In this document: positions 7,798-16,842 of the stretch, piece by piece
Numbering within the stretch: position 1 is the stretch's first letter
Layout: every line of letters starts with the position of its first letter
Virus record (IMG/VR): IMGVR_UViG_3300009031_000368
Span: 32,001 to 96,000 of that record
Origin: a virus
Taxonomy: Duplodnaviria > Caudoviricetes
DNA length: 64,000 nt
Strand: one strand, 5' to 3'
Notes under the pieces: model-generated
The model's database searches: none
The model's input: the letters and a program-made list of their open reading frames with translations, nothing else
What the model was told of the DNA's origin: nothing
Made by a program: the position numbers and the translations under genes

Positions 7798-8528
7798 TAG
7801 AAGTCAAACCTTGTTGGAACGTCATAATCATCGGTAGCTTGATTATAGGCCAGGCAATGGATCGTTGTGACACGTTGTTCGACCGTTCCACCGAACCGCT
7901 TACCGATTGAGCCATTGATGGCAATCAGTCCTTCCGATAGTTGCCGTGACGTGGCAAATAGCGGCTTATCGGCTTCCATCAGTTTGAAATCAAGTCTAAC
8001 AACTAGGCCATTGCCTTCACGTAAGGTTTCTGCAACCGCATAACGTGATAGCTTGGAATTCACATGTAGCACCATCTGGTCGGCGATCACATAATCGTGC
8101 GTATACGTTTCATTCAGGTCGGCTGATGGCAACAGGTATAGTGATTCCGATACACCGGCCACTGCTTCAACCTCATGCCAACAGGCTGCTGGTGTAGGTT
8201 GTCGTCGTTGCGCACCAACCGACAGTTGATAGCAACACTGTCGGCTATCCCAACCCAAATTCTGGGCAAGCTGTCGTCTATTGCCTCGAATGAACACCAC
8301 AATTCCCGGACGCACCGGTTTCCACCTTGTCGGTGGGCGGCTTGATATAACTGAATCATCGTGTTGCGTATCGAGGAATTCATTCAGGTTTCGCTTGATC
8401 TTTGTGCAATCGCCGATGGAAACCGTCTTACCGGTATTGCTATTCTGTTCATCCATAACAAACAGCTTCCCGAAACCTTTATTGATATCAAACGTAGGTG
8501 CCTGGTTGCCGGTGTGTAACGTATACAT
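7797..8528 (-). CDS. hypothetical protein, 243 aa
   Basis: GAGGT RBS; TAATG coupling to the next gene. Confidence 0.7.
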   Translation of the reverse strand: MYTLHTGNQAPTFDINKGFGKLFVMDEQNSNTGKTVSIGDCTKIKRNLNEFLDTQHDDSVISSRPPTRWKPVRPGIVVFIRGNRRQLAQNLGWDSRQCCYQLSVGAQRRQPTPAACWHEVEAVAGVSESLYLLPSADLNETYTHDYVIADQMVLHVNSKLSRYAVAETLREGNGLVVRLDFKLMEADKPLFATSRQLSEGLIAINGSIGKRFGGTVEQRVTTIHCLAYNQATDDYDVPTRFDF

Positions 8529-8540
8529 GTTTTACCTCTG

Positions 8541-9227
8541 TCAGAATGTGACGATGCCTTTTTCGTCAAGCACTATAATGCATCCGGCCAAATGGCGTAC
8601 CGAATCATTAACCTGTTTAAACTTATCATTAACGGTATAGAAATTTTCAGCAATGCCATTTCCGCTTGACATCGTTACCCGCATTTCTCGTTTTATATCC
8701 AACCTGTGCCCTGAGTCTGTTTCCTTCAGGTACCGTTCCATCAATCCAGTCAATACATTCAATGCCTTCATATTGATCTGAGTCAGGTTAAGGATCGTAG
8801 AAAGAATCGTTTCGTCTAGCTGCTGGAATCCACGGGACAACAAGTCTCTGATGTGTTGACTGTCCATCTTTCTTGCCGCTCTATCGGGCGGTATGAAATG
8901 GGTAAAACGCGCCAATTCATAATCTGGCGGGACATTGAATTTCAATGTCTGCCACTTCCCAGGATCATCGAATGCCAGGTCTTGAGCGAATCCATAAAAC
9001 GCGCCATAGGACTCATGCATATTGTGATATGCCTCATACACCTTGGGAACCAGGATACCCATATTGGTGTTGATGTCCCTATATCGGACTGTTTCTTTTT
9101 CAAACAGATGACGAGATCGCTGCGTCATCGTCTTGCATTCAATCACAACATCTTTAGATGTTTCGAGTAAAGAACTTGAAAGATGTAGATGCGCTAATGC
9201 GTTTTTTGTCGGATCTTGATTCATCAT
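8541..9227 (-). CDS. hypothetical protein, 228 aa
   Basis: Tightly packed ORF. Confidence 0.7.
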   Translation of the reverse strand: MMNQDPTKNALAHLHLSSSLLETSKDVVIECKTMTQRSRHLFEKETVRYRDINTNMGILVPKVYEAYHNMHESYGAFYGFAQDLAFDDPGKWQTLKFNVPPDYELARFTHFIPPDRAARKMDSQHIRDLLSRGFQQLDETILSTILNLTQINMKALNVLTGLMERYLKETDSGHRLDIKREMRVTMSSGNGIAENFYTVNDKFKQVNDSVRHLAGCIIVLDEKGIVTF

Positions 9228-9730
9228 GTGTTACCCATCAGGTAGGAAACGATTTGAACCGTTGCGTCATATCCGGCCCGGCCCTGTCTGACGTCGGCGC
9301 GATATACTTCAACGTCTCGCTGTTCAAACATCCTGGTCAACCTGGCAGCTTCTGTCTTTGCCTTTTCAATATTGTCAAATCCGCTAACTTGAACCGCCGT
9401 GATTATTCCATTGATTTGTTCGGATTCCCAGCAATCGACATCGGTGTTTACGTTTTCACGCTCTGCAATCAATTGCACATAACCGGTAAGCAATGAAACG
9501 ACTTGCTCTGGAATCAAGTGTCGGCCGGTTCCTGTTAACTGCTGTGCTTCATAAATCACTATATTGTCGCACTCTGCCGCAACAACGTCAGCAGTTTCGA
9601 TCAGGTTCCTGTATAGGAATTTATCGAACGTTTCACCGGGATTCATTACTCCAACGTCTCGTGTCCGATGTCGCAGGTATCGGTCTTTTAGATTCTCTAC
9701 TTTGTTTGCTTCAACTATGATACCCATCAC
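9224..9730 (-). CDS. hypothetical protein, 168 aa
   Basis: Coupled ORF; IIVEA near the N-terminus. Confidence 0.7.
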   Translation of the reverse strand: MMGIIVEANKVENLKDRYLRHRTRDVGVMNPGETFDKFLYRNLIETADVVAAECDNIVIYEAQQLTGTGRHLIPEQVVSLLTGYVQLIAERENVNTDVDCWESEQINGIITAVQVSGFDNIEKAKTEAARLTRMFEQRDVEVYRADVRQGRAGYDATVQIVSYLMGNT

Positions 9731-10200
9731 TATACCTCTTCATCGTCGAAAATATCTTCTTCATCTTCGGCGTCTGATTGTGATTCAATAAAAGCCCGCA
9801 CAAGTGGCGCGACAACCTTAACGTCAAAACACTTAAACGTTACCTTTTCCACCAACTCAATCAACCGAGATTGCTGCATATCTGTCAACGCGATATCGCC
9901 AACCAGTGATTCAAATGATTCAATTACCGTTTCGGCAAAATCTTGAACAAACAGATCGAGCGCCTCTTTGTCGATGTCGGACATCTTTGCAATATCGGCC
10001 AACGCTGATTCGGTAATCTGTTTACTTTCAACCTTTTCATCAACAACATCAGTCGTAACTTCATCTGGACGGTTGGTTGGCTGGTCCAGTTTTTCATCAG
10101 CCGGCACGTCTTCCGCCTTATTGTCTCCATCCAACAACGCGCGCATTTCTGCCATCAGTGCCTTAAGCTCATCGATAGAAACATCATTCTTTTTACTCAT
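9730..10200 (-). CDS. acidic hypothetical protein, 156 aa
   Basis: AGGAG RBS; several [ILV]xES motifs. Confidence 0.7.
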   Translation of the reverse strand: MSKKNDVSIDELKALMAEMRALLDGDNKAEDVPADEKLDQPTNRPDEVTTDVVDEKVESKQITESALADIAKMSDIDKEALDLFVQDFAETVIESFESLVGDIALTDMQQSRLIELVEKVTFKCFDVKVVAPLVRAFIESQSDAEDEEDIFDDEEV

Positions 10201-10210
10201 CGGTCATCTC

Positions 10211-10978
10211 CTAAAGCAGGGCATCCCAGCCATCACGGGTTACTTCTGGATCTACCATTGCGACAATTTCAAATGGTGAATATGTTTCGGCAAGGAAATC
10301 CCAGAACACCGTTCTAACATTATTCACAAATTCTTCTTGTGACCTGGTTAGTCCTAAAATAAGACTATTTTGCTTAATACCGTAAGCGGTCAACAAGTCA
10401 TCAACCGCATCTTCCACTGTATTACCGATTTCGTCCAACGTATCACCGTATGTTGATTCTTGAGACTTTGTAAGCTTCGGTTGGCTGGATTCAATAATCG
10501 GTCCAGTCGTTGCTTCAGTCTTTGGCTTTTTGAAACGCGGCGCGGATTCTCTGATCATGGCGGCTATTTCGGCCATCCATTGCTTTGATGTTTCGTCACC
10601 ACCATTGGCCGATTCGGCAAGTCGCTGAACGAATCCTGACACCTTGCCGTAATTTACAGACTCTTTCTTTTTCATGTACGGCTTAAGATAAGTGTTATAT
10701 GTGTCTGAACCTATTACAAGGTCTTGTCCAGAAAAATTAAACCAAAGACTTTTGAAGGCTGGATGGCTCATAAGATCAAGCGCATCAGCATCCGAGTCGA
10801 ACTTAACAACATATTCAATTTCATTCGCAACAAATCCGCCAAGAGCCTTTTTGTTTTTTGCACTTTTGAAGTATACCTTAAGCGTTCCTTGGTGAAGATC
10901 GAACCCACCGATAAGTCTTTTATCTATATCGGATTTAATCCTTTTCACACCAGCATTCTGATCTAATACATCGGCCAT
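10211..10978 (-). CDS. hypothetical protein, 255 aa
   Basis: GAGGAG RBS; LAES and IIES motifs. Confidence 0.7.
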   Translation of the reverse strand: MADVLDQNAGVKRIKSDIDKRLIGGFDLHQGTLKVYFKSAKNKKALGGFVANEIEYVVKFDSDADALDLMSHPAFKSLWFNFSGQDLVIGSDTYNTYLKPYMKKKESVNYGKVSGFVQRLAESANGGDETSKQWMAEIAAMIRESAPRFKKPKTEATTGPIIESSQPKLTKSQESTYGDTLDEIGNTVEDAVDDLLTAYGIKQNSLILGLTRSQEEFVNNVRTVFWDFLAETYSPFEIVAMVDPEVTRDGWDALL

Positions 10979-10991
10979 AAACCGTTACTCC

Positions 10992-11144
10992 TCAATGTCT
11001 TGCAATATATTCATCAATCGCGACAGCCATTAACCGCATTGGGTCCATCTTCAGCTTTTGGGCTGATTCCATGATGGATTCCCATGTTGGTTTTGGAAGT
11101 AATATCATTCTTACTTCCGGTTCTTCCTGTCGCTGGTTTTGCAT
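10992..11144 (-). CDS. ribbon-helix-helix (CopG/Arc-like) DNA-binding protein, 50 aa; absent from the ORF track
   Basis: Hand translation MQNQRQEEPEVRMILLPKPTWESIMESAQKLKMDPMRLMAVAIDEYIARH fills the gap; strand-helix-helix pattern ending AIDEYI. Confidence 0.6.
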   Translation of the reverse strand: MQNQRQEEPEVRMILLPKPTWESIMESAQKLKMDPMRLMAVAIDEYIARH

Positions 11145-11159
11145 TTTAACCGGCACACA

Positions 11160-11633
11160 TTATCCAATCATGCTTTTGGCAATTTGTTTGAAGTCGTTCC
11201 CGCTAACCCATCCAAATCGTGCATTCAATTGCGCAATCTTGCTCAGCTCATGGTTTAGCCGGTCGGGTTCCGTCCCGTTAACTGCTTGCTCGATCAAACA
11301 TTCCACTTTAACGACATTCGGGTCCTTCATGCTGGCAAGGTCTCTGACGTCCCAGGAATTCTGTTTTACCGTCATAACTGATTGACCTTCGAGAATCAAC
11401 GACAACGTGTCTCCATCAACATCGGCTTCAACGATATTGATGCCCTTTAGTCCAAGCTGCTTTGAAACAGCTCCATATACCTGTTCACACTCGCGCCTAG
11501 ACTTGAATCCAGACAATTCCAGATGACATTGCTCATCATTATAAATCTGAGCCTGAATGCCACTGCTTTCGAGTTTGAACAACATATTGCCCAGTTGGCT
11601 CCTAAGTTGTCTTTCATTAAGTTCTAACTGCAT
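11160..11633 (-). CDS. hypothetical protein, 157 aa
   Basis: GAGGAAG RBS. Confidence 0.7.
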   Translation of the reverse strand: MQLELNERQLRSQLGNMLFKLESSGIQAQIYNDEQCHLELSGFKSRRECEQVYGAVSKQLGLKGINIVEADVDGDTLSLILEGQSVMTVKQNSWDVRDLASMKDPNVVKVECLIEQAVNGTEPDRLNHELSKIAQLNARFGWVSGNDFKQIAKSMIG

Positions 11634-11644
11634 AACTTCCTCAT

Positions 11645-12292
11645 TTATTTAGGTGGCATCAGATAGTCTAATGCGCCCCAACTTGAACTATTTTGTTTTA
11701 CTTCTAAACTGTCACGGCTATGCCAAAACACCTTACCGTCTTCTTGCACTATCTCTACGAAAGAAAGCGAAGCATCCATTCTTCGTGGGGAACCATCGGG
11801 CCAAAAATCTTTATACTGTTTTTCACAACTGGTCAATACACACAGGATGTCATCATCGCCATAAAAGCCTAACTGTAACCCGGGCAATACCAATAGCAAT
11901 GTTGGTGGAGACATCGATCTGCCGTTTTTAACATAGAGTGGATAACTATACCAGTCTAACCATTTGGCTACCGCTCTAAGATCTGGATTACGCTTTCTAT
12001 CAAAAACAGCCTCCGGAACATTCCCTGTCGCAATATCTGATGGTGTAATGTTCCCATTAATATCTCTCGAAAACTGTGCTGTAAACGATATGGTGCGTTC
12101 ACCGCCACTAGACCAATACACGAGTGGATGTGATCCACCAGGAATCTGTTCAAAATTCCAACCAATCTGCCTTGAATCTGAAATCTCGGCAGGATGATAT
12201 TGGAATGCCTGGGGCAACATACCGGTCACACCTGTTTTATTGATTAAGCCACCAGCAGGCATCAAGTATCCAATTTTAGGTTTAGTTTTCAT
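11645..12292 (-). CDS. tail tube initiator / baseplate tube-like protein (CIS tube, gp48/54-like)
   Basis: FQYHP.EISD....W....PG...P...W.SGG.RTISF pattern. Confidence 0.6.
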   Translation of the reverse strand: MKTKPKIGYLMPAGGLINKTGVTGMLPQAFQYHPAEISDSRQIGWNFEQIPGGSHPLVYWSSGGERTISFTAQFSRDINGNITPSDIATGNVPEAVFDRKRNPDLRAVAKWLDWYSYPLYVKNGRSMSPPTLLLVLPGLQLGFYGDDDILCVLTSCEKQYKDFWPDGSPRRMDASLSFVEIVQEDGKVFWHSRDSLEVKQNSSSWGALDYLMPPK

Positions 12293-12331
12293 ATTTCAAT
12301 ACTATTGTAATGATAACTGTTTGTCTACAGG

Positions 12332-14245
12332 CTACATCATGGTTCCTGCAATTTCAACAACATCATATGTCATAATAAGCGCAGAGATGCCGGCGTCTTG
12401 AGAACCATCGTCGGCAACAACTATCTTCCAATAGTATTCATATCCTGATTCGCTTGTTATTTCATGGTTAACATCAAAACTGCTACCTTCTCCCAGCTCT
12501 TCTCCAATATGTGTTGAAAATTCAGCTGAGACAAAACTATCCACATAGGTTCCGACATTTCTTTTTATAAGACGTGCCGTAACGGGATAATCTTCCAAAA
12601 GACCCATCTTCCAAAAGAAACGGACAGTTTCTATCGAACACGGTGGGACCGTTATGGGAATATAGAACGTTGCCGTTCCGGCTAGCGGTAGTGTGACGTA
12701 TGGGGAACCGGAATCTGTTGCCGATGCCAACAACGAACTACTATTGGAAGCAGCAATGCCAAGCCATCCATCACAGTGCATTGATTTATAAAATGTCTGT
12801 GCAGAATTATACTCAACACCCTCTAACGATACTACACCGGCATCAATCGTTGCAGTATCGACGCCATCGGTAACAGTCATGGCACCGGTAAGCTGCATAT
12901 CTCCTTCTAACGTGACATCACCATAGGATGCAAATGAGCCATAATGAGTCAAATCTATTTCAATAGACTCGGTGCCAATTTGAAACATATTGACAAGTGC
13001 TGTCGCGCCACCGTTTGGCCTTGAAAGATATAGCTTGCCGTCAGTGTGTTGATGCAATACAAAATCGCTATAACCTGAATCTCGTGATTCAATATGTATT
13101 CGATTTGTCCTTTTAGTGGCGGCCCTATAGCGAGATACACCGTCACGCCAGCCTGGTTCATTTCCACCATATGGTTTGGCATATATTTGGATTCCATCAA
13201 TCGTAATGGTTCCATACGTGCTATCAACAGTATCGTCTTGTCGATCAAATAATAGTTCTATTCTTGCACTTCTAGCCGTTGCTGGTGCCTGTGTATTTCT
13301 AGACGCTCCGCTATGCACAACGATGTCGCCAGTCATCAATATCCATTCACTATCTGCCAAATCGGCAATATCGTATTCATCATTAGCGCGGTAGTGAAAA
13401 TATCCAATACTGCTTAACGTTGCAGTTTCCGAATAAAACCTTACCAGAAATCTGAAACTATTATAGACGCCGGCCGTATCGGTGAGCCGGCATTCAGTAA
13501 GTAATGCGCTACGCTTAATCCAAAAAGAGGCCGACAGCTGCTCGCCGGCGTTTACATAGAATCCGCCTCGTTGTTTTACGTATCCGGTATAGCAATCATT
13601 GTAATCAACCTGAAGTGCATTTGATTGCGCGACACCGGCTCCTGTTGAAAATCCAAGCCATGCTGTTTCAGATGTTGTTGGCGTGCTGCCAACAGCAGTG
13701 CTGGATAATTCCCATCCATCGTTATCGTTAAAATCGTGCTCGATCAGTGGAAGCCATCCGGTTTCATCGTGCGATTTCCATTTCCACTGATCGTCTCTAC
13801 ACCAATAGCCGATATATCCATCAGTAACATTGTAACAAAAGGCAAGGATTGCACTATTGGTTGTCCCGTCATCGTATTCGGCTTGTGTATACACCTTCCA
13901 TTTTGCAGATGTCGACGTATCGCTGGCGAAAATGTGCTCCACGCCAACGTATACGGTACCGGTTAATCCTTCTGGAAATACCAGCGAGACATCGGATGAT
14001 TCCCTATATGTCAATCCATATGGATCGTCCGCACTAGCTTGACGTAACACCATTGCGCTATCTTGTGAGAGTGGATCCACGGAAAGAGTAACTATGTTTC
14101 CGCCTTCGACCGTAGGTGTAAAACCTCGCACGACACCACGGGCATTTACAGCGCCCGTTTTTCTATTGGACGCAATAGAAAATTGTGGAGACTTCCATCC
14201 CACTGAAAGCTTTTCGCTATTGATGGTAGCTAAATCGGTTGCCAT
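12332..14245 (-). CDS. tail fibre / receptor-binding protein, 637 aa, with a probable carbohydrate-binding beta-sandwich
   Basis: Follows the baseplate wedge genes; beta-rich and Trp/Tyr-rich central domain. Confidence 0.55.
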   Translation of the reverse strand: MATDLATINSEKLSVGWKSPQFSIASNRKTGAVNARGVVRGFTPTVEGGNIVTLSVDPLSQDSAMVLRQASADDPYGLTYRESSDVSLVFPEGLTGTVYVGVEHIFASDTSTSAKWKVYTQAEYDDGTTNSAILAFCYNVTDGYIGYWCRDDQWKWKSHDETGWLPLIEHDFNDNDGWELSSTAVGSTPTTSETAWLGFSTGAGVAQSNALQVDYNDCYTGYVKQRGGFYVNAGEQLSASFWIKRSALLTECRLTDTAGVYNSFRFLVRFYSETATLSSIGYFHYRANDEYDIADLADSEWILMTGDIVVHSGASRNTQAPATARSARIELLFDRQDDTVDSTYGTITIDGIQIYAKPYGGNEPGWRDGVSRYRAATKRTNRIHIESRDSGYSDFVLHQHTDGKLYLSRPNGGATALVNMFQIGTESIEIDLTHYGSFASYGDVTLEGDMQLTGAMTVTDGVDTATIDAGVVSLEGVEYNSAQTFYKSMHCDGWLGIAASNSSSLLASATDSGSPYVTLPLAGTATFYIPITVPPCSIETVRFFWKMGLLEDYPVTARLIKRNVGTYVDSFVSAEFSTHIGEELGEGSSFDVNHEITSESGYEYYWKIVVADDGSQDAGISALIMTYDVVEIAGTMM

Positions 14246-14246
14246 T

Positions 14247-15488
14247 CTATACCTCTGTTACATCTACGAACATGACATGCGCCGGCTTGACATCATTTAA
14301 TTTACCAATCAAGCGTGTACCGGCATCTCCTGGATCTTCTTCAACTGTTTCAAACGTATCATTCTGTTCAATTATCAACTTAACCAGATTAGATTTGCAC
14401 CACATACTTGATTCCACAACCGGTGGATTGTATCGAAACGTGCATGCGCCCATCTGTGGTTCAATTGAGCCACGGACGGTAAAAATACGATCCGTCAATT
14501 GGGACTCAAGCGCAAATTCGCTTCCCGATGAATCTATAATGGTCCAATTGGACACATCGGCTATTTCGACAACGGCCACATGTGCTTCAATCTGGTATTC
14601 AGAATCAACCGTCAATTCACCGTCCGGAACAACGACATCGGTCAACAAATATGTCGTTATGTCGAGAAGACTTGCATCAATATCTCGTGACAATGTGTCG
14701 GCCGGAATAAAATCTGTCGTGTATTCGTCAAACAAAACAAATCTAGGGGCAATAACCGTATAATACGTTCCAGAGCCATCCGGATATTGAAAGTATTCAT
14801 CATCAGACAATTCACTTAACCATATTGGATCAATCTTCCAGCACGGATAAACGGCAACATCATAACCTGACATCCTACCACGGTACGCATATCCGGTATT
14901 GGCCCCTTTAACGTTTAACCACGAAACCGCATGTTCCAATTCACCGCGCATGAAGGTATCATTGAAGTATCGGTCTGGTGTAAGTCCATAATCGGCATAC
15001 AGGGTTGACAGTTGTTCTGGACGATAGAATGAAGCCGTCCCGACAGATGGCTCCACGATGCCCGTTACATCAATTCGATTTTCATACCGGTTGACGCGAA
15101 TTACCGTATACGTTGTGTCATTTATTTCTGTCTTCCAATCAGCGCCAATATCAACAGGACTGGTCGCGCAAAACAGTTGTATGTGCTGCCCCCATCCATC
15201 AGAATCGGCATCGAGTATCTTTTCCGTGGATGTTATCTCAATCGATTCCGTTACCGAATACTTTGATGTCACGAAGCCTGGATGTCGTAGACTGGTAAAA
15301 TCTCTTACACGTTGAAGCAAAAAATCTAATGATGGCTTAATGGCATCAAGGATTGCGGCAAAATATCCGCCAGCATCCTCATCGGTTTTACGGCTTACCG
15401 GTGGAACATTTTCATGCAGCACAAGTTTTGACCAATCGGCCCTTCCAAATGGTCCTTGACCAAATTTACCACGTCCAAATCCGGCCAT
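14247..15488 (-). CDS. baseplate wedge protein (P2 gpI / gp7-like)
   Basis: Position after the J-like gene; C-terminal L..VKPAH motif. Confidence 0.6.
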   Translation of the reverse strand: MAGFGRGKFGQGPFGRADWSKLVLHENVPPVSRKTDEDAGGYFAAILDAIKPSLDFLLQRVRDFTSLRHPGFVTSKYSVTESIEITSTEKILDADSDGWGQHIQLFCATSPVDIGADWKTEINDTTYTVIRVNRYENRIDVTGIVEPSVGTASFYRPEQLSTLYADYGLTPDRYFNDTFMRGELEHAVSWLNVKGANTGYAYRGRMSGYDVAVYPCWKIDPIWLSELSDDEYFQYPDGSGTYYTVIAPRFVLFDEYTTDFIPADTLSRDIDASLLDITTYLLTDVVVPDGELTVDSEYQIEAHVAVVEIADVSNWTIIDSSGSEFALESQLTDRIFTVRGSIEPQMGACTFRYNPPVVESSMWCKSNLVKLIIEQNDTFETVEEDPGDAGTRLIGKLNDVKPAHVMFVDVTEV

Positions 15489-15491
15489 ATG

Positions 15492-16073
15492 CTAGCCTCG
15501 CACTACGCGCATTGCTTGCCATGAATCACCATCACTGAATGTAATAACAAATCGCTCAATGTTTTTTGCACCATTTTTACCGTAACGTTTCACGAATTCA
15601 TCAACTAAGCTTTTTAGTGAACCTTTGGGACCAGATTGGCCAATCACTTGACCGTCTAGAAACATTAGTATGGCATTACTGCTTGTGACATTATAGACTG
15701 GAAACTTCTTACCATTTATTGTAACATACCTAACCATTTGGCCTGAGTTGCCATCAGTCGATTTGACAATCTCAATAGTTCCTCGATATGAACCTATAGA
15801 AGTGGATTCAACGATTGATTCTGCAATCAATTGCACCAAATAGGAAGTGTCGATACATTCTTGTTTATTCATATTTACCAACCCTTGTCGTTGCAACACA
15901 GCATGTGCTGAAGCGTAGGCTCTCGACTTATCGCCGGTTCGATTCAATACACTGTTTACAACATGCATAAATTGCCTGGCTTGTCTTTCCGGCACATTGC
16001 CATATGTCTTGCCAAGCTTCCTTTTCTTTCTAACTACATCTTTTCTAACCGTCGTATCGTATGGTACCGGCAT
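15492..16073 (-). CDS. ChaB-like domain protein
   Basis: YGNVPERQARQFMHVVNSVL....KSRAYASAHAVLQ resembles the ChaB helical hairpin. Confidence 0.5.
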   Translation of the reverse strand: MPVPYDTTVRKDVVRKKRKLGKTYGNVPERQARQFMHVVNSVLNRTGDKSRAYASAHAVLQRQGLVNMNKQECIDTSYLVQLIAESIVESTSIGSYRGTIEIVKSTDGNSGQMVRYVTINGKKFPVYNVTSSNAILMFLDGQVIGQSGPKGSLKSLVDEFVKRYGKNGAKNIERFVITFSDGDSWQAMRVVRG

Positions 16074-16089
16074 AGACCTCCTTCAATCA

Positions 16090-16842
16090 TCATTCTGCAT
16101 GATATTTAACAATAAGTGTGCTTCCAGCCAAAGGGACATCTGTTGTTGTAAATGTACCCAACGTTGAATCTGTTTCAACAAACCCGTTACCATTAAATCC
16201 AACCATCCGGCCATCAAGATAGACTTCCAAAGTATCACCAGAATACGGTTCAGAAATGGTAAATAGATTTGCAACACCATCTACTTGATCCGATAAATCT
16301 TCCTTTTGCTTTTCACTCAACGTTTTAATCTGAGTCTGTGTGACGAATGGATTAAGACTGCTTGGACTACTGGCACCATTAAGCGCATCAACGATATCAT
16401 CACTAAGCGCTAAATCGGAACCCGATGGGCCTAATCCGTTTCGCCAAACCAGCTGACCGCCATCTCGGCGAGCAATTGCAAGCGCATTGTGATCGGATGG
16501 CACATTATCGGCAACAGTAGCCGTTAGACTGTATGATGTCGTCGCATACCGGGTAACCGTTACATAAAGCACTTGTCCATCTTCAATTGTTACTGAGCCG
16601 GCCGCCAGACTGCCTGAACCGCCAACGATTGGAGAAATAATCTTAATCGGACTAGACCATGTCAACGTGTCGGTGCCGCTATCCCAATCAATGGTGCCAC
16701 CACCTGAAATAAATAGGTTTCTATCTTCTCTGGTCGGATATATACATCCATCAAGAAAGGACATAAGTGTTTCAAATGCATCCCACCACGGGTCAATATC
16801 TTGTGATGGATATGGTATTCCAATACGCGACGTTTCAGGCAT
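16090..16842 (-). CDS. virion structural protein with C-terminal Ig-like domain
   Basis: Between wedge genes; LEVYLDG...GSTLIVKY beta pattern. Confidence 0.55.
   Translation of the reverse strand: MPETSRIGIPYPSQDIDPWWDAFETLMSFLDGCIYPTREDRNLFISGGGTIDWDSGTDTLTWSSPIKIISPIVGGSGSLAAGSVTIEDGQVLYVTVTRYATTSYSLTATVADNVPSDHNALAIARRDGGQLVWRNGLGPSGSDLALSDDIVDALNGASSPSSLNPFVTQTQIKTLSEKQKEDLSDQVDGVANLFTISEPYSGDTLEVYLDGRMVGFNGNGFVETDSTLGTFTTTDVPLAGSTLIVKYHAE

Noticed and set aside
11221-13628. One-mismatch palindrome variants GCATTCAATTGC (11221) and GCATTTGATTGC (13617)
   Set aside because: They were left out of the count because single-mismatch 12-mers are much more likely by chance.
12332-14245. Diversity-generating retroelement target in the fibre gene
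   Set aside because: I saw no reverse transcriptase and no template/variable repeat pair differing at adenines in this window.
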